Source of the DNA: Candidatus Marinacidobacterales bacterium
GTDB lineage: Bacteria > Acidobacteriota > Vicinamibacteria > Marinacidobacterales > SMYC01
Assembly (NCBI GenBank): GCA_965224085.1
Contig: CBDCYI010000004.1
Location: 192,001-256,000, forward strand
Length of the DNA: 64,000 nt
Direction of reading: 5' to 3'
Each line of letters starts with the position of its first letter. Position 1 is the first letter of the stretch. The notes under the pieces are model-generated. The model searched no databases and was not told where the DNA came from. It worked only from the letters and a program-made list of their open reading frames with translations. Shown in pieces: positions 40,349-50,563 of this stretch. Both the position numbers and the translations under genes were made by a program.

Positions 40349-41030
40349 CCCCTAGCTTCTTGACGACGCCCCGGCGTGGACAGAGGGACTGAACCGAGCA
40401 TTGATCGCATTTCGGGCCGATGGGCCTGCAGACGAGCTGACCGTGTGCGACCAACAACACATTGACGCGCCCTCGCCACCGCACCGGCACGTGAGGTGTG
40501 AGCCGCGCTTCAGTTTTTTCGGGCGTTTGGGTACGGACCCAGTCGAGCCGGTTCGAAATGCGATGGACGTGCGTATCGACGGCGATGGTCGGCTTCCCGA
40601 AGCAATGGGCGAGCACGAGGTTCGCGCATTTGGGGCCGATCCCGGGAAGCTCGGTGAGGCCTTCGCGCGTCCGGGGTACGACACCGCCCCGCTCCATGAT
40701 GGCGTCGGACAAGGCGTGGAGCGTTCGCGCCTTTTGGCGGTAAAAGCCGGCGCCGTAGAGCAGCCGCTCGAGCCGACGGAGGGGCAGCCGACGGAGCTCT
40801 TCCGGCGTGGTCGCCTCGGCAAAGATTTTCGCGCAGACACGGGTCGTTTGCGCGTCCCGGACGCGCTGGCTCACCAGGCAGCTCACGAGCTCGAGAAAAG
40901 GCGAGCGGTTCGTCGAGAACGGGCCACCGTAGACAGGTGCACCGCGATAGCGACCCTTGCGGGTCTCGCTTGAAAGCTTCCGCAAGACCGCAACGATGCG
41001 CTCGGTGCGCGGGAGTCGTGTGTCCGACAT
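40338..41030 (-). CDS. nth: Endonuclease III
   Basis: LPGIGPKCA (HhH), AVDTHVHR, 4Fe-4S motif C-x6-C-x2-C-x5-C. Confidence 0.9.
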   Translation of the reverse strand: MSDTRLPRTERIVAVLRKLSSETRKGRYRGAPVYGGPFSTNRSPFLELVSCLVSQRVRDAQTTRVCAKIFAEATTPEELRRLPLRRLERLLYGAGFYRQKARTLHALSDAIMERGGVVPRTREGLTELPGIGPKCANLVLAHCFGKPTIAVDTHVHRISNRLDWVRTQTPEKTEARLTPHVPVRWRGRVNVLLVAHGQLVCRPIGPKCDQCSVQSLCPRRGVVKKLGARS

Positions 41031-41083
41031 CGAGGCCCCAAGTCTAATTGGGAGCTTGACGCGAATCGAGTCAAAATAGGGTC

Positions 41084-43168
41084 GTGATGCTACGAAATCT
41101 GATAGCCTTTCTGTTGCTGTCCGCGACAACCCTATCGGGCGCGCAGAAAGAGCTCTCGCAGCGCCTTTCCGACGAGCACCGAAAGTGGGTCGAGGAAGAC
41201 GTTCGATACATCATCACGGATCGGGAGCGGGAGCTCTATGTTTCGCTCGAGACTCTCGATGAGCGGGAGCGCTTCATTGCGGCCTTCTGGAGACGACGCG
41301 ATCCCAACCGGGCGACGCCCGACAACGAGTTCAAAGAGGAGCACTACGCCCGGCTCGAATATGCGAACGAGTTCCTGGGCCGGGAGAGTTTCATCCCCGG
41401 ATGGCGCACCGACCGCGGCCGCTACTACATCATCCTGGGGAAGCCGCGCGAGATCCAACGGTTCTACGGCTACGCCCACCTCAAAGAGGCGGAGCTCTGG
41501 TTCTATCAAGGTGAGGCTGGGCGCGCCACGCCCGCATTTTTCTATTTGTTGTTCTTCAAGAAAGAAGAAGTCGGCGACTATCGGCTCTACCATCCGATGA
41601 TCGACGGGCCGGCCTCGCTTCTCCGAGGGACCGAGGTCAACCCCGGCATGGACAACCTCGCCGCGGTCGAGAAGCTCGAAGAAACGAACGTCGAGCTCGC
41701 CCACGCATCGCTCTCGTTCGATACCGGCGAGCCGCCCGACTACTTCACCGGAAGGCCTGCGATCGGCATCGACGCGATGATCGCCCGCCTCGACGAATCA
41801 CCGAAGCGCGCCATCAACACGGATTATATCGACGCCTTCAACGAATATGGCCGGCGCGTCTCCGCCGACTACTCGTTCAACTTCGTGCCGAACCGCAATG
41901 TGTTCTCCGTCATGGTGGGTCCAGAGGCGACGCCTATCGTCCATTTCAGCGTGGAGCTCGACGCGACGAATTTCGGCCTCGAGACCGACGAGACAGGCTC
42001 GAGGTTCTATACAACGCTCGACGTCACCGTCGAAGTCACGGACTCCGAGGGAAAGCTGGCGCACTCCAACATACGCTCCGATTTCATCGAGCTCACGCCG
42101 GCGCAGGTGGAACGCATTCAAACGGCGCCGGTCGCCTATCAAGACGACTTCCCCCTCGTTCCGGGCGACTACACGATCGCGATATACCTCCAAAACCGGG
42201 CGTTGAAGAACTACACGGTCGCGGAGGCCGAGATTCACGTTCCTGAATTCTCGGAAGGGTTTCCCGCGCTCGCCGATATCTTGCTCTGTCACGAGGCCGC
42301 GATGGCGACGCAGGCCATCGCGCCGGACGAGGTTCGCACGTTTCAGCTTGGGGGGCTTCGCCTCGAGCCTGCCACCGATCAGCTCTTCGCCATTGGCGAT
42401 ACCATCGTCGTTTTCTCCCAGGCCTACAATGCGCTACCCGGGTCGAAAGTCAGCTTCGAGCTCGTCGCGGCGGGCCAAGACGGGGTGCACGACAACACCG
42501 AGCGCGTGATTACAGAGGCCTCTGGGAGCGGTGTGACCGCGGAGCTCTCGACGCTCGGTTTGGTCGGAGGGAGCTACGAGATTCGGGCCCGCCTCAACGG
42601 CCCGGAGGGAGCGAACCTCTCCGAGCGCAACGTCGAGATAACGCTTTCCCCGCGAACGAGCGTTCCCCGTCCCGGGTTCGTCTACCGCCGCGGGTTCAAC
42701 ACGAAGATTCCCGGCCTCGTCCCTCTCGTCCGAGGCGATCAATTGTGGAATCTAGGTCGCTACGAGGAAGCCCAAGAGAACTTCGAATCTGCCGTCGCCG
42801 CGGCGAACCCGAACCTTCCCCACGCCCGGTGGAAGCTCGCTACGGCGCTGCTTCGCGAAAACGACGCCGACCGCGCCATCGCGCTCCTCGCACCGCTCGA
42901 GGAAAGCTTCCCCATCCAGTTCGAGGTGATGGCAGGGCTAGGGCTCGGTTTTTACATCAAGGAAGAATACGTGAAGGCCGTCGGTTATCTGAAGCGCGCG
43001 AGCGCGATCCGCCCCCCCGATACGAGCTTGCTGAACGCGCTCGCCGATAGCCATCAACGTCTCGGCGATATCGAGAAAGCGAGAGGCTACTTCGAGCGGT
43101 CGCTAGCGTTGGATCCCGCACAAGACGCCGTCAAGAAGCGTTTGGCGGGACTGGAAAGCGAGGGCTAG
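41084..43168 (+). CDS. GWxTD-domain protein with C-terminal TPRs
   Basis: FWRRRDP, GWRTDRGRYYIILGKP; signal peptide. Confidence 0.9.
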   Translation: MMLRNLIAFLLLSATTLSGAQKELSQRLSDEHRKWVEEDVRYIITDRERELYVSLETLDERERFIAAFWRRRDPNRATPDNEFKEEHYARLEYANEFLGRESFIPGWRTDRGRYYIILGKPREIQRFYGYAHLKEAELWFYQGEAGRATPAFFYLLFFKKEEVGDYRLYHPMIDGPASLLRGTEVNPGMDNLAAVEKLEETNVELAHASLSFDTGEPPDYFTGRPAIGIDAMIARLDESPKRAINTDYIDAFNEYGRRVSADYSFNFVPNRNVFSVMVGPEATPIVHFSVELDATNFGLETDETGSRFYTTLDVTVEVTDSEGKLAHSNIRSDFIELTPAQVERIQTAPVAYQDDFPLVPGDYTIAIYLQNRALKNYTVAEAEIHVPEFSEGFPALADILLCHEAAMATQAIAPDEVRTFQLGGLRLEPATDQLFAIGDTIVVFSQAYNALPGSKVSFELVAAGQDGVHDNTERVITEASGSGVTAELSTLGLVGGSYEIRARLNGPEGANLSERNVEITLSPRTSVPRPGFVYRRGFNTKIPGLVPLVRGDQLWNLGRYEEAQENFESAVAAANPNLPHARWKLATALLRENDADRAIALLAPLEESFPIQFEVMAGLGLGFYIKEEYVKAVGYLKRASAIRPPDTSLLNALADSHQRLGDIEKARGYFERSLALDPAQDAVKKRLAGLESEG

Positions 43169-43222
43169 TCCCGGCTCGTGAAGTTGTTGAAATTGGAGTA
43201 GACTTCATCGCCGTCGAATAAG

Positions 43223-43247
43223 AAAAACCCGGGACCGAAGTCCCGGG
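43223..43247 (-). terminator. Rho-independent terminator of the TonB receptor gene
   Basis: Minus strand CCCGGGAC-TTCG-GTCCCGGG followed by TTTTT. Confidence 0.8.
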
Positions 43248-43270
43248 CTCTTCGTATCGCCTAGAAAGGT

Positions 43271-46174
43271 CTAGAACTCGAAGCGCAAACCGATGCGAAA
43301 GACCCGTGGGTCGAGCAACGCGATGACCTCCCGGAAGCGGCTTCCAGCAAAAGAGCGGAAGTTCGCCACAGGATTGGAGTTCAAGACGTTGTAGAGGTCG
43401 GCCATGACCGTGAGACCCCCCTTGTCTCCGAAATTGAACGAGTAGTCCACGCGGAGGTCCCAGATACCGACATTGTCCCCTCTGTTGTCTGAGATCTCTG
43501 TCGCGTGAATGCGCTCGGTACCGGCGTTGGGCAGGCGGGCGCTGATCCGCCGCGCCCAGTTGTAGCCGCTCTGCCACTTGTATGACGTACTGAGGCCAAT
43601 CTCCATCGGGAATACGTAGCGGCCCACGACCTTGAAGTTCGAGTAATTCGCGTCCTGGCGGCCAAAGTACTCGCGGAGGTTCGGCTCCCAGTTGTAGGAA
43701 CCGGAGGTCCGCATGGTCTGGAGCCGGCTCGTGGAGGATTGAGAGGTGTTCTTGAACTCGTCGACCTTCGTGAACATGTATGACGTCAGGAACATCCAAC
43801 GGTCGGAGTAACGCTTGTTGAACGCTACCTCGAACGTGTCGTAGTTACGGTTATAGGGCTCCAGGCCGTCGTACTTCACCGGATTCGTCCACAGGCGCTC
43901 CTCGCCGAGACCGGCGGGACGATCGAGAAGCGAGATCACTTGATCGTCTGCGGTTCCACGAATGTTGTCGTCGCCCGAGTCGGGGTACTCGAATGGGATC
44001 GTGTACTGGTCGAAGCGTTCGAGGTCCACCTCGTCCCAGCCATTACCGACACTCTTGTGAACATAATTGGCGCGGATGGAGAGGTTCGGTCGGAGCTCGT
44101 GCTCGATCGAGAACGACGCTTCCTGCCCGTACTCGTACAGAAGATCCGGGTCTACCTGCCGCCTGCCGGCGCCGTCGAGCGACCTCTGGAAGTTTCCGAG
44201 CTCGGGTGAGCAAAAGAGATTACCGCACGGTCCCGCGGTCAGCACTCCGTTACCGTCCATGTCGTTGAACGTGTACCGTAGACGTAATATGCCCACGGGG
44301 TTCGCGTCGTCAACGAAACCGGTACTCGGGTTCGAGTAGAAGCGGCCCCAGAAGGCCTTGGCTACCGTCCGGCCGTCCCCTCTGACGTCCCAGGCGAGAC
44401 CCAGCCTAGGGCTGAGCCCCTGAAGTATGTTCGTCGTCGTCGCAGGCGTCGTCACCGGTTCGAATGGGAAGCCCACGATCTCGGGGTTGATGCTCTGCTC
44501 GGGCCAGCCAAGCGTGTAGCGATCGAAGCGGAGTCCGAGGTTGAGCGTCAAGCGATTATTGAGCGTCCACGAATCCGTCGCCCAGAGCGAGAAGAGCTTC
44601 GAGTCGTTGGTTCCCCGGTTCGGCGTGTTGTAGATGTCGACGTCCTCCGAAAGGCCGTCACGGTCGCGATAGAACTGGTTGCCAGGCTGGAAGCGTGTAA
44701 CCCCTAGCCTCTCGCGATACCATTCGGTTCCAAGCTTGATGCTGTGCGTCCCTTTGGCATCATCCACGTAGTAGGAGAGCGACCCCGTGACCTGAGGTTT
44801 GTTGGTGTCCCGCAGCCGGTAAAAGGAATACGCGGCGTTCGAGTACTGCCCCGTCGCTTGATCGAAATGACCAATTTCCACACCTTCCACAGACTGAGAC
44901 TGGGTCTCTGTCGGATAGAGGGGAAATTCGTTGATCCACCCGGAATACTGGACGTCGAGAAACGCGGCCTGGCTCAAAACGCTGGTCCACTCGAGCTTCC
45001 AGGGCTTGTTTACCGAAGCTTGGTGCCACGCAGCGTTGATCGGAACCGTCGAGCCAAGGTTGCGCTCCGATTGGAGCTTGGTGCGCCGGTTCCAGAATCC
45101 GATGATTTGGTTCTTGTCGTTGATCTGGTAATTGCCCTTGATGGAGTAGTTGATAAGCTCGGTGTGTGCGGGATCAGGAAGGCCGAAGACGAACTTGTCC
45201 TGGCTGTTCTTCCGGTAGCTGAAGTACCACCACGCCTTCTCGCGAACGATAGGCCCGCCGACACCCGCGTTGAAATCGTACTGGCCCTCGGTGGGATTGC
45301 CCCGATCGACGCCGCCCGACGGTGCGGAAAAACCGTCCCTCTCGCCGCTACCGCCCGGCATGAACTCCCTCGGGACGTTGTCGGAGACCATCCCGCTGCT
45401 GATGAAGTCGTAGTAGACGTTGGCCTTGAACTGGTCGCCCCCCGAGGTGACCGTGAGATTGTGGAAAGCACCGATGCCATGTGTCTCGACCTGGTTCCCA
45501 GCGCCGCCGAGCTGGTACTCTTCGAAGCTCCCGTAGTCGAAGTAGCCGGCGTTTCCACCTGTTCCCTCGGTAACGTTGATGCCTTCGAGAAGCGTGCGGT
45601 TTTGCGACCGGAAGCCGTAGGTCGCGTAGCCGGTCTGGGTGCCTGCATGCGATCCGCCCACGTCGTAGCCATTCATTTGAAAGCCGGGAGCCTGGGCCAT
45701 CGCAGCCCAGATGTCACGCGCGTTGGGGATATCCTCGAGCAACTCCGAGGTGAAGTTTACCGCCGTAGTCGTGGTCTTGATGTCGACCACTGGTGACTCG
45801 CCTGTGATCGTCAGTGTCTCCTGTACCCCCGCAAGAGGCATCTCGGTATTGATCGTCAAAGTGACGTTCAGGTTGACACGGATTTCCTCCCGCCGAACCG
45901 TTTGAAAGCCCGACAGCTCGAAATCCATGTTGTAGACCCCCGGCGGTACGGACGGAAACCCGTAGTTCCCATTCGACCCAGTGACCGTCGTTTGAGCCTG
46001 GATCATCGCCTCACCCGAGAGGGTGACCGATACCCCAGGTAGCACACCACCCGTGTTGTCGCGAACCGTGCCCGTGACGCGCCCGCGAAGCTCCTGAGCT
46101 CCGATAGGCGTCACTAACGCAATCACCAACAGCACTACGAACAGGTATATCCACCGTCTGGACAGCTGCGTCAT
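43271..46174 (-). CDS. TonB-dependent receptor with N-terminal carboxypeptidase-regulatory-like domain (Oar-like)
   Basis: GGAGGAGG RBS, signal peptide, GTVRDNTGGVLPGV, LTLNLGLRFD, C-terminal RFEF. Confidence 0.9.
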   Translation of the reverse strand: MTQLSRRWIYLFVVLLVIALVTPIGAQELRGRVTGTVRDNTGGVLPGVSVTLSGEAMIQAQTTVTGSNGNYGFPSVPPGVYNMDFELSGFQTVRREEIRVNLNVTLTINTEMPLAGVQETLTITGESPVVDIKTTTTAVNFTSELLEDIPNARDIWAAMAQAPGFQMNGYDVGGSHAGTQTGYATYGFRSQNRTLLEGINVTEGTGGNAGYFDYGSFEEYQLGGAGNQVETHGIGAFHNLTVTSGGDQFKANVYYDFISSGMVSDNVPREFMPGGSGERDGFSAPSGGVDRGNPTEGQYDFNAGVGGPIVREKAWWYFSYRKNSQDKFVFGLPDPAHTELINYSIKGNYQINDKNQIIGFWNRRTKLQSERNLGSTVPINAAWHQASVNKPWKLEWTSVLSQAAFLDVQYSGWINEFPLYPTETQSQSVEGVEIGHFDQATGQYSNAAYSFYRLRDTNKPQVTGSLSYYVDDAKGTHSIKLGTEWYRERLGVTRFQPGNQFYRDRDGLSEDVDIYNTPNRGTNDSKLFSLWATDSWTLNNRLTLNLGLRFDRYTLGWPEQSINPEIVGFPFEPVTTPATTTNILQGLSPRLGLAWDVRGDGRTVAKAFWGRFYSNPSTGFVDDANPVGILRLRYTFNDMDGNGVLTAGPCGNLFCSPELGNFQRSLDGAGRRQVDPDLLYEYGQEASFSIEHELRPNLSIRANYVHKSVGNGWDEVDLERFDQYTIPFEYPDSGDDNIRGTADDQVISLLDRPAGLGEERLWTNPVKYDGLEPYNRNYDTFEVAFNKRYSDRWMFLTSYMFTKVDEFKNTSQSSTSRLQTMRTSGSYNWEPNLREYFGRQDANYSNFKVVGRYVFPMEIGLSTSYKWQSGYNWARRISARLPNAGTERIHATEISDNRGDNVGIWDLRVDYSFNFGDKGGLTVMADLYNVLNSNPVANFRSFAGSRFREVIALLDPRVFRIGLRFEF

Positions 46175-46431
46175 AATACGTCCTCCTCCAATTGCGCGAG
46201 CCGCGACATGCGGTATCTCAAACAAACCACTCGCTTCAATCTTCTCTAGCAAATAGCATTCCGCCGAGACTTAGTGCAGCAGATTGAGCGCTGTCAACTA
46301 ATTAAGTGTGCCAACTCCAAAATTGATCCCTTAATAAAATTCAATTATTTGGAGCGTATCCCAAAGTATTGGATCTTGGAAGCTACCCAAGTTCACCTCG
46401 CGATGGCCCGAGTCGTGCGAAGATAGTCGTC

Positions 46432-48963
46432 ATGGCTCGAAAGAAGACAAAGCCGCCGTCTCGGCGCGCGTGGATCGTCGTCGCGCTTCTGTTAGGAACC
46501 GTGGTCGCCTACGCACCCGTCTTTTCGAACGAGCTCGTCAATTATGACGACGACTACTACATAACGGCGAACCCCAATGTGCGTCTGGGCGTGAGTTGGG
46601 AGGGCCTGCGTTGGGCCGCGACGACGCCTTACGGTGCCAACTGGTTTCCGTTGACATGGCTGACGTGGCTCGCCGAGTACGAGCTATTCGGTCTCGATCC
46701 GTTCGTGCTCCACACGACGAACTTGCTGCTGCATCTCGCAGCGACGCTCGTTCTGTTTCATGTGTTCGAGCGGATGACGGGGTCTCGATTCCGAAGCGCC
46801 ATCGTTGCGGCCGTCTTTGCCCTCCACCCGATGCACGTCGAGTCGGTCGCGTGGGCCGCCGAAAGAAAAGACGTGCTCAGCGGTCTCTTCTGGATGCTCA
46901 CGATGTGGGCCTACGTGCGCTACGTGGACAAGCCCACAGTCGGGCGCTACGCGTGGGTTCCCATTTACCTCGTTATCGGGCTCATGGCGAAACCGATGCT
47001 CGTGACGCTCCCATTCGCGCTTCTGCTGCTCGACGTCTGGCCGCTTCGGCGCGCGCCCGACACGACGTTCCGGAAGCTTATTCTGGAAAAACTGCCGCTC
47101 GTTGCCATCGTTACCCTATCCGGTGTCGTGACCTTCTACGTGCAGCAAGCAGGAGGGGCGGTGCAGGCTCTACAGACGTTCAGCTTTCGCGTGCGTGTCG
47201 CCAATAGCCTGATCGCCTACGTCGTGTACTTGAAGAAGGCCATCCTGCCGACGGATCTCTCTGTCTACTACCCGCACCCCAGCGAGAGTGTGTCGATGGG
47301 CCTGGCCATTGCATCCGGGCTCGTCCTCGCCGCCATCTCCGCGGCGGTCTTGTGGGTCGCCGCACGGGATCGTGAGCGCGATTACCTCCTCGTCGGATGG
47401 TTCTGGTATCTCGGAACGCTCGTCCCCGTCATCGGGCTCGTGCAAGTCGGCATGCAAGCGATGGCCGACCGCTACACGTACATCCCTTACATCGGGTTGA
47501 GCATCCTGGGCGCCTGGGGAGGGGGCGAGCTTATCGAGCACTTTCGCGCACGAAAGCTCGTGCGCGTAGCGTTACCGGCGGCCGTTCTCGTGGCTTTCGC
47601 TGCGAGCGCGCGCGAACGAACGAAAATCTGGAAGGACAGCGTCACGCTCTTCGAGCAAGCCCTCGCGGTGACGGAGGGCAACTCCCTCGCCCATATCAAT
47701 CTCGGCTACGCGTATGTCGAGCGAGGCCGCCTCGACCGAGCCGACGAGCATCTCACCGCGGCCGTCGACCTCGCTCCGGGTGCTGCCGAAGCTCATCGCG
47801 GACTCGGGCTTCTGCGCCGCCGCCAATTCCGCGCCGACGATGCGATCGAGCACTATCGGGCTGCGCTCCGGCTCGACGCAACGTCGAGCCAAACCCATCG
47901 TGAGCTCGGCAACCTCTTGCTCACGCTCGGCGATCTCGAGCAGGCGCGGACCCATCTTTCGGAAGCGCTCTCGCTCGATCCTCGGAATCCCGACAACCAT
48001 ACGAACCGCGGACTTCTCTATCTAGAGGACGGCGAGGTCGAGCGCGCCGTCGAGCTTTTCGAGGCAGCTACCGCGCTCGACCCGGGTCATGCCCAGGCTC
48101 ACAACAACTGGGGCGTTGCGCTCTCCTCGCTCGGTCGCGAAGACGAGGCGATCCCGCATTTCCGTCGCGCCACTGCGGTGCGGCCGGATTACCTCGAAGC
48201 GCGGCACAGCTGGGGGCTCGCCGAGATGAGACGGGGTGAGATGAAAAACGCTGTCGAGCAGCTCGAAAAAGCACTTGCGCTGGCGCCCGAGGACGGAGAT
48301 ATCCATCTCGCCCTTGGACAGGCGCTCGAGGCGCTCGGCGATAGCGCTCGTGCAAGCAGCCACTTGAACCGCGCCGCCGCGGCGCGCCGTGACGATCCCG
48401 CGGCGCTTCACGAGCTCGGTGTCCGCCTCGCGCAGAGCGGCTCGCTTGCGGAAGCCATCGACGCGCTCGAGCGGTCCCTTCAGTTGGCCCCCAATCGGGC
48501 CGAGACGCACGTGAGCCTCGCAATGGCCCTCGGCGTTTTGGGACGTTTCGACGAAGCCATCGTGGGCTATCGACAGGCGATCGAGTTACGGCCGGACTTC
48601 GCTGAGGCCTATAACAGCTGGGGGGTCGCGCTCGCGAGCCAGGGCCGGGTTTCCGAGGCGCTCCCTCTCTTCGAGAAAGCGCTTGCGCTCGCCCCCGGTT
48701 TCGCGGCGGTTCACTTGAACTGGGGGCGCGCTCTCGCCGAGCAGGGGAATATGGGCGGCGCGCTCGCGCATTTTCGAGAGGCCGTCGAGATCGATCCGGC
48801 GAGCGCTGAAGCCCACAACAATCTTGGAGTGTTCCTCGCCAGGCAAGGCGAGCTCGACGCAGCCGTCGCGAGCTTTCGCCGCGCGGTGGAGCTCAACCCG
48901 GCGGACCTGCAGGCGCGACGGAACCTCGAGGCGACGCTCGCCAAGTTGACACGAAACCGCTGA
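46432..48963 (+). CDS. TMTC-like membrane glycosyltransferase with a long TPR array
   Basis: NYDDD, HPMHVESVAWAAERKD, MADRYTY and many TPRs. Confidence 0.85.
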   Translation: MARKKTKPPSRRAWIVVALLLGTVVAYAPVFSNELVNYDDDYYITANPNVRLGVSWEGLRWAATTPYGANWFPLTWLTWLAEYELFGLDPFVLHTTNLLLHLAATLVLFHVFERMTGSRFRSAIVAAVFALHPMHVESVAWAAERKDVLSGLFWMLTMWAYVRYVDKPTVGRYAWVPIYLVIGLMAKPMLVTLPFALLLLDVWPLRRAPDTTFRKLILEKLPLVAIVTLSGVVTFYVQQAGGAVQALQTFSFRVRVANSLIAYVVYLKKAILPTDLSVYYPHPSESVSMGLAIASGLVLAAISAAVLWVAARDRERDYLLVGWFWYLGTLVPVIGLVQVGMQAMADRYTYIPYIGLSILGAWGGGELIEHFRARKLVRVALPAAVLVAFAASARERTKIWKDSVTLFEQALAVTEGNSLAHINLGYAYVERGRLDRADEHLTAAVDLAPGAAEAHRGLGLLRRRQFRADDAIEHYRAALRLDATSSQTHRELGNLLLTLGDLEQARTHLSEALSLDPRNPDNHTNRGLLYLEDGEVERAVELFEAATALDPGHAQAHNNWGVALSSLGREDEAIPHFRRATAVRPDYLEARHSWGLAEMRRGEMKNAVEQLEKALALAPEDGDIHLALGQALEALGDSARASSHLNRAAAARRDDPAALHELGVRLAQSGSLAEAIDALERSLQLAPNRAETHVSLAMALGVLGRFDEAIVGYRQAIELRPDFAEAYNSWGVALASQGRVSEALPLFEKALALAPGFAAVHLNWGRALAEQGNMGGALAHFREAVEIDPASAEAHNNLGVFLARQGELDAAVASFRRAVELNPADLQARRNLEATLAKLTRNR

Positions 48964-49185
48964 TCTACGATGTCCGGATGACCGGGCTACCACGCCGCTC
49001 TGGCTCGCGTTGATTGCGGCTCTAGGAAGGCCGTACCAGCACGCCCAACAGGACGAGCGGGCCGCGAACCTCGACATCATCATCGGACAAAGGCATTTAA
49101 TACCGCCCGCTGCGCTCCCGGAGGGGTGCCGTGCGTTCTGCTCGCGCTTGCGAGCTGCGGCCCCGCGGGTGAGCCCGACCTAGCG

Positions 49186-50553
49186 CTAGATCGCGTCGCT
49201 CACACTTGCGAGGTTGAACCCGCTCAGCTTGAGGGCGGGCACGACAATCGGGGCGCCGACAGAGCTGTTCTCGCCCGCGGCCACGCGGACGGGCTCCCCC
49301 ATCATCTCGATGCCGTTGAGGAGATCCACCAGCGAATGATTGAACCGGAAGTTGTTGACCGGGCGGCTGATTTTGCCGTCCTCGATCAAGAAGGTGCCGT
49401 CGCGAGTCAAGCCGGTATAGGCGATTCGCCGGGGATCGAGGCCACGGATGTACCAAAAGCGCGTGATGAGCACGCCGCGCTCGGTAGAAGCAATCATATC
49501 CTCCACGGAATCGCTCCCACCGGACATCAGAAGGTTTGCGGGCCTGGGTCGTGGGTCGGTTTCCTGTCGTTCGGCCCAGAACCGGGAATAGGCGAGGCTC
49601 TTGAGAACACCGTCCTCGACCCATGTTTCGGGGGCTCGCCCCACGCCGTCGTTGCCGAAAGGCGCCGTCTCCGCATCCGGAGCAGCAGGGTCGCTCACGA
49701 GAGTCACGCGCGCGTCGAAGAGCCTCTCCCCTACGCGCGTCCCTCCGTCCTGATTGGAGAAGAACGACCGTCCCTCGTCGGCAGAACGCGCGTCGAACGT
49801 GTTGCGCATGCGCAGCATCAGCATTCCGACGGCCGTCGGCTCGAGAACGACGCTGTAGTCACCCGCATCCAAGCCGGTCTTGCCTCGCCAGTCTTGACAC
49901 TTGCGCGCCGCGGAGCTCGCGATGCGCTCCGTTTCGATTCGTTTCCAATCCGCGGCCTCGTCGCCAGCCCAACCCGACGTGGAGCCGTCCGGTGCACGCA
50001 CCGTGAGCGTCGACGCCACACCGGTTGCCGCGTGATAGGCGAACAACCCGTTCGATGTCGCCACCGCGCTCGAGCCCGCTCGAACGTCGATGTAGCCGGA
50101 CGCAACGTTTCCGGACGCGCGCGCGCCTCGGATTCCCTCCGCGGCCGCTTCGGCCAACGCATCTGGTGTGACGTCCCCGGTCGAGCTGTAATATCCCTCG
50201 ACCTGCGCGTAGCTCTGCTGTTCGAGCTCGCTCAAGTATTCCGGATCCTCAGGCGCGAGTCGAGCAAGGGATTCCGAGCGCTCGACCGCCGCCTCCAATG
50301 CCGCGTCGTCCAGAAGGTTGGTCGTCACGGAGGCCACGCGCTTTCCGAAGACACTCAGGATCGTCACCGAGACGTCGGCACTCCCCCCGGCCGTCGTGAT
50401 GCGGTTATCGGCGCTACGAATGAATCGGCGTCGTCCCGACGAGAGCGTCACGCGAGCATTGTCCGCCGTGGACAAGCCCAGGACCATTTCTGCCAGCGCC
50501 CGCGCATCGTCTCGCGAAAGCCCCGACCGGATGTTCGTGTTCTGCGCCTGCAT
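49186..50553 (-). CDS. TldD/PmbA family protein (non-catalytic TldE-like partner)
   Basis: TRFWYIR, TGLTRDGTFLIEDG, NNFRFN; no HExxxH. Confidence 0.88.
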   Translation of the reverse strand: MQAQNTNIRSGLSRDDARALAEMVLGLSTADNARVTLSSGRRRFIRSADNRITTAGGSADVSVTILSVFGKRVASVTTNLLDDAALEAAVERSESLARLAPEDPEYLSELEQQSYAQVEGYYSSTGDVTPDALAEAAAEGIRGARASGNVASGYIDVRAGSSAVATSNGLFAYHAATGVASTLTVRAPDGSTSGWAGDEAADWKRIETERIASSAARKCQDWRGKTGLDAGDYSVVLEPTAVGMLMLRMRNTFDARSADEGRSFFSNQDGGTRVGERLFDARVTLVSDPAAPDAETAPFGNDGVGRAPETWVEDGVLKSLAYSRFWAERQETDPRPRPANLLMSGGSDSVEDMIASTERGVLITRFWYIRGLDPRRIAYTGLTRDGTFLIEDGKISRPVNNFRFNHSLVDLLNGIEMMGEPVRVAAGENSSVGAPIVVPALKLSGFNLASVSDAI

Positions 50554-50563
50554 CGTTCGACCC